This document shows, in pieces, positions 48,456 to 58,455 of a stretch of DNA of 64,000 nucleotides. The notes under the pieces are model-generated. The model was not told the origin of the DNA, did no database searches, and saw nothing but the letters and a program-made list of their open reading frames with translations. The stretch spans positions 78,305 to 142,304 of the forward strand of contig JAATGM010000055.1 in the NCBI GenBank assembly GCA_015654675.1. The letters run 5' to 3'. Position numbers and translations under genes: made by a program. The stretch is from Planctomycetota bacterium (GTDB lineage Bacteria; Planctomycetota; Phycisphaerae; UBA1845; UTPLA1). Within the stretch, counting starts at the first letter, position 1. Each line of letters starts with the position of its first letter.

Positions 48456-50169
48456 GCGACTGATGAGGCCGACGACGCGACGGTGGATATATGCGGCAGC
48501 GGCGGCGGTGCTGCTGGCAGGGGCATCTTCAATTGTGCCATCCATTCAGTCGCAGCGATTGGCGGGCGGTCTGGTGGTGACCAATCCGCTGGCGACGTCA
48601 CAGCCGAATGGCGAGGGCATGTCGGCGTCGGCTCAGCCCGGGATGCTGCTCGGGCCGCTGCTGGCGATTGGTCGCGCGCCGATCGTCGATTTTCTGTGGA
48701 TGCGTGCATCGAAGCTCAAGGAAGAAGGGCGATACTTCGACGCATATCAGTTGGCCGAGCTGATCGGGCGACTGCAACCGCGTTTCGCAGCCGTGTGGGG
48801 GTTCAACGCCTGGAACATGGCGTACAACATTTCGGTGTCGCTGCGGCCGCCGGAAGAGCGCTGGCGCTGGGTCTGGAACGGGATCGTGCTGCTTCGCGAT
48901 CAGGGGATTCCGCAGAATCCGCGTAATGCGGTGATGTACAAGGAACTGGCGTGGATTTTCTTCCACAAGGTGGGCGACTACATGGACGACGCCCACTACT
49001 ACTACAAGCTGCAGCTCGCGCTGCTCATGCAGGATATTCTGGGGGCGGGGGGGAACGCGGACTATGCGGGCATGGCGGCTGCGCCGACGAAGTGGGCGAC
49101 GCTGGCGTCCGACCCCGCGGTGGCGGCGGTGGTCAAGTCGTTTGAGCAGGAACTGAAAGCGGACATTTCGAAACCGGGGGTGTACCTGGGATTGTTGGCG
49201 CAGACGGATCCGTCGCGTGAACTGACGGCGATGCTTTCGAATGAAGCGACGGCCACACCACGAAAGCAGATCGAGAATTTCTGGCGCGCGAAGCGGCTGC
49301 GCGAAGAAATGAAGCTCGATCCGGTGCGAATCGTGGAACTGCGAAAGGTGTTCGGACCGCTCGATTTTCGAACACCCGAGGCGAATGCGATCTACTGGGC
49401 CAGCCTGGGAACGCAGGTCAGCCAGGGAAACCGGCTGGCGGTCGATATCGATATTCTCAACACGGACCGGATCTACCTCTATTGCCTTCAGTCGTTATTT
49501 CGTCGCGGAAAGATGATCATGTCGCCGCGGGCGAGGGACGGCGAGCCGCCGATGATGCTGCCGGATGTGCGATTCGCACCGGTCATGCGCGAGGCGTTCA
49601 AGACGGCCTCGAAAAAGTTTCCGAAGCAGCCGGGACAGGGACCGGTGCATACGAACTTCGAGTCGGCCTACGTGAACTTCATGCGCGAGGCGATCCTGAG
49701 ATACAACGAATCGGGGCAGGTGGCGAAGTCGCGCGAGTGGTTCGACGAGCTGAAAAGGGAATATCCGTCGCACGATTACGACGGTGGTTATGAAAAGTAC
49801 CTGAGCTCGCAGTGGCTCAAAGTACAGGACTTTACGCAATTGCGCGATGTTGAGAATCGCCTGCTCAGCGTGCTGGAGACGGCCGTCCAGCTTATGGCGT
49901 ACGGTGAGGATCAGGACGCCGCGACCTATGTTGCGTTCGCCAAGCGCATGCATGCAAAATACGAGAAAGAACAGAACAACGAGCGGTATCGAATGAAGCC
50001 GTTCAAGACGATGTACGAATATGTCGTGCACGGGATGGGGCAATACATGACGGAGGCGCAATACGAGCGCGTCCTGAAGATCACCGGATTCAAGCGGCCT
50101 CCGGCCACGCAGCCGGCGAAGAAGAACTCGGAAAAATCGACTTCGCCGAAGGCCGGGGCTACGAAGTAG
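48448..50169 (+). CDS. hypothetical signal-anchored protein, last gene of the SPFH-ABC operon
   Basis: 573 aa with a hydrophobic N-terminus (WIYAAAAAVLLAGASS). Mixed alpha-helical, Trp/Tyr-rich body. No family recognised. Confidence 0.5.
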   Translation: MCRRLMRPTTRRWIYAAAAAVLLAGASSIVPSIQSQRLAGGLVVTNPLATSQPNGEGMSASAQPGMLLGPLLAIGRAPIVDFLWMRASKLKEEGRYFDAYQLAELIGRLQPRFAAVWGFNAWNMAYNISVSLRPPEERWRWVWNGIVLLRDQGIPQNPRNAVMYKELAWIFFHKVGDYMDDAHYYYKLQLALLMQDILGAGGNADYAGMAAAPTKWATLASDPAVAAVVKSFEQELKADISKPGVYLGLLAQTDPSRELTAMLSNEATATPRKQIENFWRAKRLREEMKLDPVRIVELRKVFGPLDFRTPEANAIYWASLGTQVSQGNRLAVDIDILNTDRIYLYCLQSLFRRGKMIMSPRARDGEPPMMLPDVRFAPVMREAFKTASKKFPKQPGQGPVHTNFESAYVNFMREAILRYNESGQVAKSREWFDELKREYPSHDYDGGYEKYLSSQWLKVQDFTQLRDVENRLLSVLETAVQLMAYGEDQDAATYVAFAKRMHAKYEKEQNNERYRMKPFKTMYEYVVHGMGQYMTEAQYERVLKITGFKRPPATQPAKKNSEKSTSPKAGATK

Positions 50170-50195
50170 AAATTGGGGATTAGCGCGGGGGCGGG

Positions 50196-52310
50196 TCAGC
50201 GGGCGGCGGAGTTTTTCCGCATGATTTCGAGGTAGGCGCGGAACTCAGCGTTGCCGGGTTCGAGCTCCACCGCTTTCTGCATGTGTCGGACGGCCTCGGG
50301 CCAATGACTATCGGCGGCGAGCAGGGCAGCCTGCAGCGCCCAGGCGCGCGGATTTTGCGGAGCGGCCGCGAGAGCCTTGGCGACAAGCGGTCGGGCCCTG
50401 GCGGGCTGCGCGGCGGTCATGTATTGGTTGGCGAGGCGGAGCAGCAGATCGGGGTCGGTGGAGAGTACTGTAAGGGCGAGTTCGTAGTCGGCGATCGCGC
50501 CGCGGAGATCGCCGGCGGCTTCGAGGCACTGGCCGTGATACTTGCGGGCAATGGCGTCGGCGGGATATGCGCGGAGGGCGTCGGCGAGGATCGGTTCGGC
50601 GATTCCCGGAAATCCGAGGGCGAGTGCGAAGGCGCCGAGCTGCTGATAGGGAACGGACGAAGCGATCGAAGTAAGGAAGCCGGCGGCGTTCCATTCGATC
50701 GGCGGGCCGAGCGATCTTCGCACGGGATCGGTGAGGGCGATGAGATCGGATGAGGTTAGTGCTGAGGCAGGGGAACCGGGGGTGTCGGCGCGGATAAAGA
50801 CGCCGGCGACGTCATCGATGTAAGCGAGCCGCCAGTTCGGATCGGCGGCGAGCGTGTTAATGAGCCGCGAGTTGAGCCCGACGACGGCGGTTCGGAATCC
50901 ATAGCTTTTTGCGGCTTGCTTCCAACCGGATTCGGTTTCGACGATGCGGCGGTATTCGTCGAATCGGTCTTCACCGTAGACCTCGAGTCGTCCGTCGTAG
51001 AAGACCGGGTGGTCGCAGTAGAGGAGGTAACTGCTTTCGACCATGGTACTGAAGATGGGGTCGGGCCAGTGTTGCTCGCGCAGGCGGCGCTCGGCTTCGA
51101 TCGGGGCGCGATGCTGGGCGAGCCCAAGGCCGAACTGATTGGTGTCGAGGTGGCGCACGTAGAAGCGATTGGTGGCGAACTCGCGGACGAAATAGAGGCA
51201 AAAAACGATTGCAGCGACGGCGATTGGAATCTGCAGCCAACGGACGAGATGTGCGGCTGCGGGCCGATGAAGCAGCGCAGATCTGCGAAAGTTCTGGATG
51301 GCGACGGGCGCGGCGGCGAGGCAGAAGAAGGGGATATTTCGGACGGACTGGATTGAGAGATACAACTGCGAAATCACGAGAAGAGTCCAGAAGGCGTCGA
51401 GCTTGCGGATGTTGCCGAGCAGTGAGAGGACGAAGAGGACGATCAGGGCGCGGAAGTAGAAGATGGGAATAGCAGCGGCGTCGTAATCGAAGGCGCCTTT
51501 CAGCTCTACGATCTGCTCCTTGAATGATGAGCCATGTGTCATTCGCAGGACCTGCGCGGCGTGTTCGAAGCTTCGCCAGCCATAGGGATTGACGAGGCAT
51601 GCGAGCAGCGTGAGGGCGAGCACGATTGCAGCGCGGCGCAGGGCGTGCATCAGATGGCGTTGGACATCCGCGGGGGCGTTTTGTCGCCGGCTAAGTAGAG
51701 TGCGGACGAGCAGGACTACTAACCAGAGACCAGCGATAGCCGGTCCGAGGGCGAAGACAGTGTGGAGGTTGACCCAGGCGATTTGGAGCAGTGGGATCGC
51801 GTAGAGCCAGGGGCGCGACGATTTTTCCTGCCGGTGCAGGACAAAGAGAAACGCCGCGAAGAAGAAGTAGCTGAAGAGCTCTGGACGGAGGAAGTATCGT
51901 TGGGCTGCGGCGAGGATGGCGACTGGGAGAACGATGAATGCAGCTAGAGTCGGTTGTCGGAGGGCGGGTGCCGCGGCGAGTGCCCAAGTGAGGGCAATGA
52001 TTATGGCGGATGCGAGGGAGAGACCGCCGAATCCAATCGACGAATGGATGGCGTGGAGGAAGAGGCAGTAGAGCCAACGAAGTTCGATCCAGCGAGCCCC
52101 GGCTACGGTGTATGAGAAGACGTCCACCGTTGGTATGCCGTGGGCCGCGATGTATTCGCCGGTTTTGAGCTGCCACCAGAAGTCGGCGGGCCAAATTCGC
52201 CGGATGGCCGCGCAGGCGAGGAGGGCGAGGACGGCGCCAAGGACGATGTAGTAAAGATGTCTGGAGACGGTGTTTTCAGACGAGGGGAGTTGAGGGTCGG
52301 ATGTGGTCAT
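50196..52310 (-). CDS. polytopic membrane protein with C-terminal TPR repeats (GT-C-like architecture)
   Basis: More than 10 TM helices followed by TPR helices (ALTVLSTDPDLLLRLANQYM...). The start is chosen at MTTSDP (52310); the track ORF extends to 52505. Confidence 0.55.
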   Translation of the reverse strand: MTTSDPQLPSSENTVSRHLYYIVLGAVLALLACAAIRRIWPADFWWQLKTGEYIAAHGIPTVDVFSYTVAGARWIELRWLYCLFLHAIHSSIGFGGLSLASAIIIALTWALAAAPALRQPTLAAFIVLPVAILAAAQRYFLRPELFSYFFFAAFLFVLHRQEKSSRPWLYAIPLLQIAWVNLHTVFALGPAIAGLWLVVLLVRTLLSRRQNAPADVQRHLMHALRRAAIVLALTLLACLVNPYGWRSFEHAAQVLRMTHGSSFKEQIVELKGAFDYDAAAIPIFYFRALIVLFVLSLLGNIRKLDAFWTLLVISQLYLSIQSVRNIPFFCLAAAPVAIQNFRRSALLHRPAAAHLVRWLQIPIAVAAIVFCLYFVREFATNRFYVRHLDTNQFGLGLAQHRAPIEAERRLREQHWPDPIFSTMVESSYLLYCDHPVFYDGRLEVYGEDRFDEYRRIVETESGWKQAAKSYGFRTAVVGLNSRLINTLAADPNWRLAYIDDVAGVFIRADTPGSPASALTSSDLIALTDPVRRSLGPPIEWNAAGFLTSIASSVPYQQLGAFALALGFPGIAEPILADALRAYPADAIARKYHGQCLEAAGDLRGAIADYELALTVLSTDPDLLLRLANQYMTAAQPARARPLVAKALAAAPQNPRAWALQAALLAADSHWPEAVRHMQKAVELEPGNAEFRAYLEIMRKNSAAR

Positions 52311-52343
52311 GCTTGGGCAGCATCGAGTATAGGGCAGGCGAGG

Positions 52344-54212
52344 ATGACGACGCCAGAGACGAAAGCGACGAGCGACGACGGCGGGGAGAAGTCCCGATTC
52401 GGATGGATCTACCCGCTGGTTGTGGGGCTTGTGGCGTTCGCGACATTTCATCGGAGTCTGTTCAACGAACTGGTGAATATCGACGACTATGAGAACCTCA
52501 TCCAAAACACGCAGTTCCGAGGATTAGGATGGGAACAGCTTCGTTGGATGTTCACGTCATTTCACCTGGGGCCATATCAGCCATTGAGCTGGATGACGCT
52601 TGGAGCGGATTGGGTGGTCTGGGGTGGTCGGCCCGTAGGTTATCACCTGACAAACTTGCTGCTGCACAGCGCGGCGGCGGTGATGTTTTATTTTCTGTCG
52701 CTTCGTTTGCTGCGATTAGCGCGCCCTGAGACAGACGGCGTCGCCGTGCGAGTCGGGGCGGCAGCGGCGGCGCTACTGTTCGCGATCCATCCGCTGCGGG
52801 TGGAGTCGGTGGTATGGGCGACGGAGCGGCGGGATGTTCTATCGGGGCTGTTCTACTTCGCGACGGTGATCGCGTATTTGCGCTACGTGGAGGCGACGGG
52901 TTCGGCGCGCGTACGGTGCTACGCGCTGACGATCGGGCTTTTCGCCATGTGCCTGCTTTCGAAGGCCATGGGAATGACTCTGCCGTTGGCGCTTCTGATT
53001 CTTGACGTATATCCATTACGGCGCGTACGCGAGGCCGGGGTATCGAGAGTACTTATTGAGAAGCTGCCGATGCTGGCGCTGGCGGCCGGGGTGGCGATTG
53101 CAGCGATCATCGGGCAGCGGCAGGTTGGGGCCTTCCAATCATTGGAGCGGATTGGATTTGTGGATCGCGTCCAAATCGCGGCCTATGCGAGTTGCTTCTA
53201 CGTGGTCAAGACATTGGCGCCGTTCGGGTTGGCGCCAATGTATGAGATTCCGCGTCCGCTCAATCAGTTGCAGCCGTATCTGGTAGCGTCGGTCGGCGTG
53301 GTGCTCGTCACTTGCCTGCTGGCGGTTTTGCTTCGTCGACGCTGGCCGGGGTTTCTCGCGGCTTGGGCGTTTTTCTTAATCACGCTTGCGCCGGTTTCGG
53401 GGCTGGCGCATGCGGGGCGACAGATAGCGGCGGATCGATACACCTATCTTCCGATGGCGGGATTTGCGGTGCTTGCGGGCGGCGGAATTGCGTTTGGGTT
53501 TAGCAGATCGGGTCGGCCGCGGCGGCGCTTGCCGCTGGGGATAGGCGTCTGTGCGGCTGTATTGGGGTTGGCGTTCTTGAGCGTTCGGCAGAGTTTGATT
53601 TGGCATGATTCAATCCGCCTTTGGAACCGAGTGCTCGAGATCGATCCGCAGAGTGGGACGGCGCACATGAACATCGCAGTGCAGCTGCATATGGGGGGCG
53701 CGAATGAATCGGCATTGCCGCATGCGATGCGGGCGGCAATGCTGCGGCCGGATAGTTCGGATTGCCAGTTCGTTTGCGGACGCGTCTTGCGCGGGCTTGG
53801 CCGGGACGATGAAGCGTTCGAGCATTTTCGTGTTGCGGCATTGGCGGAGAATTCGAGTCCGGAGGCGCAGGCCGAGTACGGAATTGCGTTGGCACGTCGC
53901 GGAGACCTCGACGCGGCGGCACCGTTTCTTGAGCGAGCAACGACAGCGATGCCGGAGCACGCGCAGGCACAAATGACGCTGGGGCTGATTCAGGCGGGCC
54001 GCGGGAACGGCTTGGCGATGCGGAAGTGCTTCGAGCAGGCCAGCATTGGTGACGGGCTGACGGTCGAGTCAGTTCGGGCGATGATGATTGCAACGACGCG
54101 AGTTCTGGGGCGTCCAGCCGCGGCAGAGATCGTCAGGCGAGCACTCGAAACGGCATCGAAGACGAGCGACAAAGCACTCGAAACTGGATGCCGAGAGCTG
54201 TTGGCCGAATGA
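52344..54212 (+). CDS. TMTC-like (PMT_2/DUF1736-type) GT-C-family glycosyltransferase-like membrane protein with C-terminal TPR repeats
   Basis: GYHLTNLLLH motif, a polytopic N-domain, and a C-terminal TPR array. The start is chosen at ATG 52344 (MTTPETK). Confidence 0.65.
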   Translation: MTTPETKATSDDGGEKSRFGWIYPLVVGLVAFATFHRSLFNELVNIDDYENLIQNTQFRGLGWEQLRWMFTSFHLGPYQPLSWMTLGADWVVWGGRPVGYHLTNLLLHSAAAVMFYFLSLRLLRLARPETDGVAVRVGAAAAALLFAIHPLRVESVVWATERRDVLSGLFYFATVIAYLRYVEATGSARVRCYALTIGLFAMCLLSKAMGMTLPLALLILDVYPLRRVREAGVSRVLIEKLPMLALAAGVAIAAIIGQRQVGAFQSLERIGFVDRVQIAAYASCFYVVKTLAPFGLAPMYEIPRPLNQLQPYLVASVGVVLVTCLLAVLLRRRWPGFLAAWAFFLITLAPVSGLAHAGRQIAADRYTYLPMAGFAVLAGGGIAFGFSRSGRPRRRLPLGIGVCAAVLGLAFLSVRQSLIWHDSIRLWNRVLEIDPQSGTAHMNIAVQLHMGGANESALPHAMRAAMLRPDSSDCQFVCGRVLRGLGRDDEAFEHFRVAALAENSSPEAQAEYGIALARRGDLDAAAPFLERATTAMPEHAQAQMTLGLIQAGRGNGLAMRKCFEQASIGDGLTVESVRAMMIATTRVLGRPAAAEIVRRALETASKTSDKALETGCRELLAE

Positions 54213-54224
54213 CCAAGTTACATG

Positions 54225-54261
54225 GCAAAAAGAAAGAGGCGGCATCTGTCGATACCGCCTC
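54225..54261 (-). terminator. intrinsic terminator for the PEP-CTERM gene (minus strand)
   Basis: GAGGCGG-N12-CCGCCTC hairpin at 54236-54261. On the minus strand it is followed by TTTCTTTTTGCC. Confidence 0.55.
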
Positions 54262-54290
54262 TCGTGGATCAAACCTTAAGGATTCTCGAC

Positions 54291-55028
54291 TTAGCGCTTG
54301 CGGCGGATGAGGCCGAGGACGCCGAGGCCGAGAAGACCGATGCTGGTCGGCTCCGGAAGGAGGGCCAAGGTCCATGTGGGGACCGCACCCGTGTCCTGGA
54401 GAGCATTGTCAGTGATTTTGATGGTCCAGTTACCATTCGACTGGCTGCCGAGGAGAGTCAACAGGTTGACTTCGACGTACGAGCCAGCGTAATTGGTGGA
54501 AAAATTGTTGCTGCTCGCGATGTAGTCGCCTGAGCGCATGTTGTAGGTATCGCCACCACCGGTATCACCGAGGGGGGCCGGTGCGCCAGTGACGCCAGCC
54601 TCGCTCCACCAGTTACCGGACGGAGTTCCGGCGTTCTGGAGAGAGATGTTGGTCTGGCCACCGCCGAGAGCGCTGAAGTTGGTCGCGCCAGTTCGGCTGG
54701 TGAACCGATAAGTGCCATTGAGCAGGTTGGAGGAATCGCCGACGCCACCGGTGGTGAAGCTGCCGGTGCGGCGCATGATGGTTCCGACGCCGCCATTCGG
54801 TGCCGTGACCGTAATGACGAGATCGCCAACCCATGTGTGAGATGCGTTATTCAGCGTGACGGCGATGCCAGTGATGCCGAACGAGTTCGGGACGTTAATG
54901 GTCGAGCTGATGCCCGTCGCGTTATTGTCCGGAATCGCGCCGACATTGGCGCTGCCCAAGAATTGGGCATTCGCCGATGCAGCGAACACCGCGATGGCTG
55001 CGACTGAAAGTCCAATGATCTTCTTCAT
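54291..55028 (-). CDS. PEP-CTERM sorting-domain secreted protein
   Basis: Signal peptide MKKIIGLSVAAIAVFAASANA with a GGAGGAGA SD. The C-terminus LLPEPTSIGLLGLGVLGLIRRKR is the PEP motif, a TM helix and a basic tail. Confidence 0.75.
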   Translation of the reverse strand: MKKIIGLSVAAIAVFAASANAQFLGSANVGAIPDNNATGISSTINVPNSFGITGIAVTLNNASHTWVGDLVITVTAPNGGVGTIMRRTGSFTTGGVGDSSNLLNGTYRFTSRTGATNFSALGGGQTNISLQNAGTPSGNWWSEAGVTGAPAPLGDTGGGDTYNMRSGDYIASSNNFSTNYAGSYVEVNLLTLLGSQSNGNWTIKITDNALQDTGAVPTWTLALLPEPTSIGLLGLGVLGLIRRKR

Positions 55029-55535
55029 GTTCTCTCCTCCCTTGTTTGTTCCATGCGACGGGTATTGATACCTGCCGCCTTCTTTCGCCCTGGACTGTTT
55101 TGAAGGGGATACCGCGGAAATGCTTCCCGTCCGGCTTCCTTCCCTCTTCTCGCGCCGATCGTAACCGAAACCATGCCGGAAATTCAAGGGGAATATCGAT
55201 GTTCTTGTGCGATTTCACACAATCATTCATAGCGAAGTGGAGCCGAAAAGATGGGGCAGTCCGTTTTTTCAAAAATGACTCCTCAAATTATGCAAGAGCA
55301 TTGACTTAACGGACGTGCCCTGCCTACTGCATTCTCATTCTGACCCCAATTTCGTCCGCCTTGGATACCGAGTTTCAGTTTTGATGGAGTGTGAATATTT
55401 ATGCGGGCGATGTCCGCGCGCGGTGAGCTTCGATGAACTTGCCTTGGGCGGGGTACCGTCGATTTCAATCCTCAGGAGGACGCGCTGCTTTGCGATATTT
55501 CCCTTCGTGAAAAAATGCACTAAGCTCCGGCCGCG

Positions 55536-56783
55536 ATGATTCAGGAAATTCTCGGCTCACAGCTTGGTTTGAGCATCTGCATCATCTGCCTGGGGCTGGC
55601 CGTGATCCTCACGGCGGACGCATACTGCATCTACTTTGAGCGAAAAGTGTCGGCCTGGATGCAGGATCGGTATGGTCCGAATCGGGTAGGACCGCTGGGG
55701 CTGCTCCAGCCGCTGGCGGACGGGATCAAGTTCATCCTGAAGGAAGAGTTCATCCCGGCTCGGGCGGACAAGATACTCTTTTACATCGCGCCGGCCCTGG
55801 GGGTGATCATCGCGCTGGTCGGCTTTGTCATTCTGCCGATTGGCGGGCGGGTGCATTGGTCCTGGATGCCCGAAGGGACCACGCTTCTGGCCCAGGGTGC
55901 GAGCGTCGATATCGGCGTTTTGTATCTTCTGGCGGTCGGGTCGTTGACGGTCTACGGCGTGGTGTTGGGGGGCTGGGCCAGCAATAACAAATATGCGTTC
56001 TACGGGGCCATGCGGTCGGCGGCGCAGATGCTGTCGTACGAAGTGCCACTCGGGCTGGCCTTGATGACGCTGATCCTCACGATGGGTCAGCTTCGACTCG
56101 AAGGAATTGTGACCGGGCAGATCGACTCGGCCTGGAACGCGTTTCTGCATCCGGTCGCGTTTCTGATCATGCTCATCACAGCGCTGGCCGAGACGAATCG
56201 CGCGCCGTTTGATCTGGCAGAGGCCGAGCAGGAACTGATCGGCGGATATCACACCGAATACAGTTCGATGAAGTTTGCGCAGTTCTTTCTGGCTGAATAC
56301 ACGCACATGATCACGGCGTCGGGCCTGCTGACGGCGTTGTTCCTCGGCGGCTACGAAGTTTTGCCGTTTTCGCGACTGTTGGCGGGCGTGAATGGGCTTT
56401 CGTGGCTGTACTGGATTTCAACTTCGGTGTCGCCGTGGGCGATGGTCTTGCGCATGGCAGTGTTCTGCGGCAAGATTTCATTCTTCATCTTTGTGATGAT
56501 GTGGCTGCGATGGACGCTGGTGCGGTTTCGATTTGATCAGCTTATGCGATTGTCGTGGAAGGCGCTGGTGCCGATCGGGATGGCGATTGTCGTCGTGCAG
56601 GGTGTCCTGCTCTACTTCGGACGACCAATCAGTTGGATTTCGACGGCGGCGGAGATTGGAATTCTTGTCATTGCGGCGATGATCAGTCTGCTTTCGGGCA
56701 AGCCGATCACCGGGCGACAATTGAGTCTGGTGGAAGATGACGAGCATGCGATCCGGCCGAGCAAAACGCCGGTGACGGTATAG
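55536..56783 (+). CDS. nuoH: NADH-quinone oxidoreductase subunit H
   Basis: 8-TM ND1 homologue. [30 protein letters not shown]. Confidence 0.9.
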   Translation: MIQEILGSQLGLSICIICLGLAVILTADAYCIYFERKVSAWMQDRYGPNRVGPLGLLQPLADGIKFILKEEFIPARADKILFYIAPALGVIIALVGFVILPIGGRVHWSWMPEGTTLLAQGASVDIGVLYLLAVGSLTVYGVVLGGWASNNKYAFYGAMRSAAQMLSYEVPLGLALMTLILTMGQLRLEGIVTGQIDSAWNAFLHPVAFLIMLITALAETNRAPFDLAEAEQELIGGYHTEYSSMKFAQFFLAEYTHMITASGLLTALFLGGYEVLPFSRLLAGVNGLSWLYWISTSVSPWAMVLRMAVFCGKISFFIFVMMWLRWTLVRFRFDQLMRLSWKALVPIGMAIVVVQGVLLYFGRPISWISTAAEIGILVIAAMISLLSGKPITGRQLSLVEDDEHAIRPSKTPVTV

Positions 56784-56790
56784 GCGCGGG

Positions 56791-57366
56791 ATGAGTCTGG
56801 ATTGGAAACAGACTGATATCGTTTTCGTCGACCAGCCGGCGCTAGGCGCGGCCGAGCGGCTTTATTTGCCTCAGATCTGGGGCGGAATGAAGACGACGCT
56901 TCGGCACATGTTCAAGAAGGCGCTGCGGGACCGGACGGTGGTGCAATATCCCGAGCAGGAACGGCCGCTACGGGTCGAGATTTATCGCGGCGTGCATCGG
57001 TTGAATCGCGACGAAGATGGGCGCGTGGCGTGCGTTGCCTGTTTTATGTGTGAGACGGCCTGCCCGGCGCATTGCATCCATATTGAGGGCGCGGAGTCGC
57101 CGTGGGCGGATCGCGAAAAATATCCGATCAAGTTCGACATCGACGAGCTGCGGTGCATCTACTGCGGCATGTGCGAAGAGGCCTGTCCGGTGGATGCGAT
57201 CGAGCTGACACCGGAGTTCAAGCTGGTCGGCAAGAGCCGTGAGGAGATGATCTTCGATAAGGAGAAGCTTCTCATGGTGTACGAGCAGACGAAGAACCTG
57301 AAGCCGCGGAAAGATCCGGCGATTACAGGGTACCCGGAGACGGGGCACCGGGATCGTGTGCCGTGA
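56791..57366 (+). CDS. nuoI: NADH-quinone oxidoreductase subunit I (2x[4Fe-4S])
   Basis: CVACFMCETACPAHCI and CIYCGMCEEACPVDAI ferredoxin motifs. Confidence 0.9.
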   Translation: MSLDWKQTDIVFVDQPALGAAERLYLPQIWGGMKTTLRHMFKKALRDRTVVQYPEQERPLRVEIYRGVHRLNRDEDGRVACVACFMCETACPAHCIHIEGAESPWADREKYPIKFDIDELRCIYCGMCEEACPVDAIELTPEFKLVGKSREEMIFDKEKLLMVYEQTKNLKPRKDPAITGYPETGHRDRVP

Positions 57367-58124
57367 ACGCTGTCGCATGGGCCTATCTTGCGTATGGGTT
57401 AATGGCGGCGGGGGCGCTGGGGATTTACTTCGCGTTGCCGCGCGGCGGGCGGATCAATCGAGCGGCGGCACTGCTGTTTGGCGCGATTGCGGCCGGCGGG
57501 ATTCTGCTGGTCATGTATCAGGGGCTGGGCGACACGGCGCGGCCTTCGGTGGTGTTTGCGGTGTTTTCGCTGCTGGCGGTTGGCTCTGCGGCGCGAGTAA
57601 TTACGCATCGCAAGCCGGTTTATTCGGCGCTCTATTTCGTGGTGGTTGTTCTGGCGACTTCCGCGCTGGCTGTGATGGCCGGTGCCGAGTTTCTGGCGAT
57701 GGCGCTGCTGATCGTTTACGCCGGGGCGATCCTTGTCACGTATGTCTTCGTGATCATGCTGGCGCAGCAGTCGGCCGACGATCCTGAGTCGCTCTCGATG
57801 GTGGACTATGACGCGAACTCGCGCGAGCCGGCCACGGCCATGCTGGCAGGCTTTGTGCTCGCGGCGACGTTGAGCGGGCTGTTCATTCAGCGAAAGTGGC
57901 CGAGCGTCGCTGCGATCGAAGAGCCGGCCGGAAACACGGTCGCAGTGGGACAGGAATTGTTGGCGCGCTACGCAATACCGGTTGAGTTGGCAGGTGTGCT
58001 GCTGATGGTGGCGATGATCGGGGCGCTGGCGATTGCGCGGCGGCACCTGCCGAATGACATGCTGCCGGCGCGGCCACCGGAGTTGCCGGTGGGCGAGATT
58101 GGTAAGACGGTCGAGCCGTTCTAG
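57363..58124 (+). CDS. nuoJ: NADH-quinone oxidoreductase subunit J
   Basis: ND6-like, 5 TM helices. The GTG start overlaps the nuoI stop (GTGA). Confidence 0.8.
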   Translation: MNAVAWAYLAYGLMAAGALGIYFALPRGGRINRAAALLFGAIAAGGILLVMYQGLGDTARPSVVFAVFSLLAVGSAARVITHRKPVYSALYFVVVVLATSALAVMAGAEFLAMALLIVYAGAILVTYVFVIMLAQQSADDPESLSMVDYDANSREPATAMLAGFVLAATLSGLFIQRKWPSVAAIEEPAGNTVAVGQELLARYAIPVELAGVLLMVAMIGALAIARRHLPNDMLPARPPELPVGEIGKTVEPF

Positions 58125-58145
58125 GCGCCGGCCGAGGAAGTACGC

Positions 58146-58448
58146 ATGACGACAGCACCGCAGCTCATGTTCATCGGCGCGATCCTGTTCGCGCTGGGCG
58201 TCGCGGGATTTCTGACGCGGCGAAACCTCATCATCATGTTTCTCTGCACGGAGATCATGTTTCAGGGAATCCTGCTGAACCTGGTCGGAATGGGGCTGAT
58301 GCGCGGCAATTTGCAGGGTCAGGCCGTGGGGCTGTTCGTCCTCGTGGTCGCGGCGGTGGAGGCCGGGCTGGGGCTGGCGATCGTGGTCATGCTGTATCGG
58401 CGGCGCGGGACGTTGGACGCGGAGAAGTGGAGCTTGATGCGCGGCTGA
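58146..58448 (+). CDS. nuoK: NADH-quinone oxidoreductase subunit K
   Basis: 100 aa, 3 TM helices, ND4L-like (LMFLCTEIMFQGILLNLVGMG). Confidence 0.85.
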   Translation: MTTAPQLMFIGAILFALGVAGFLTRRNLIIMFLCTEIMFQGILLNLVGMGLMRGNLQGQAVGLFVLVVAAVEAGLGLAIVVMLYRRRGTLDAEKWSLMRG

Positions 58449-58455
58449 CGCGCTG

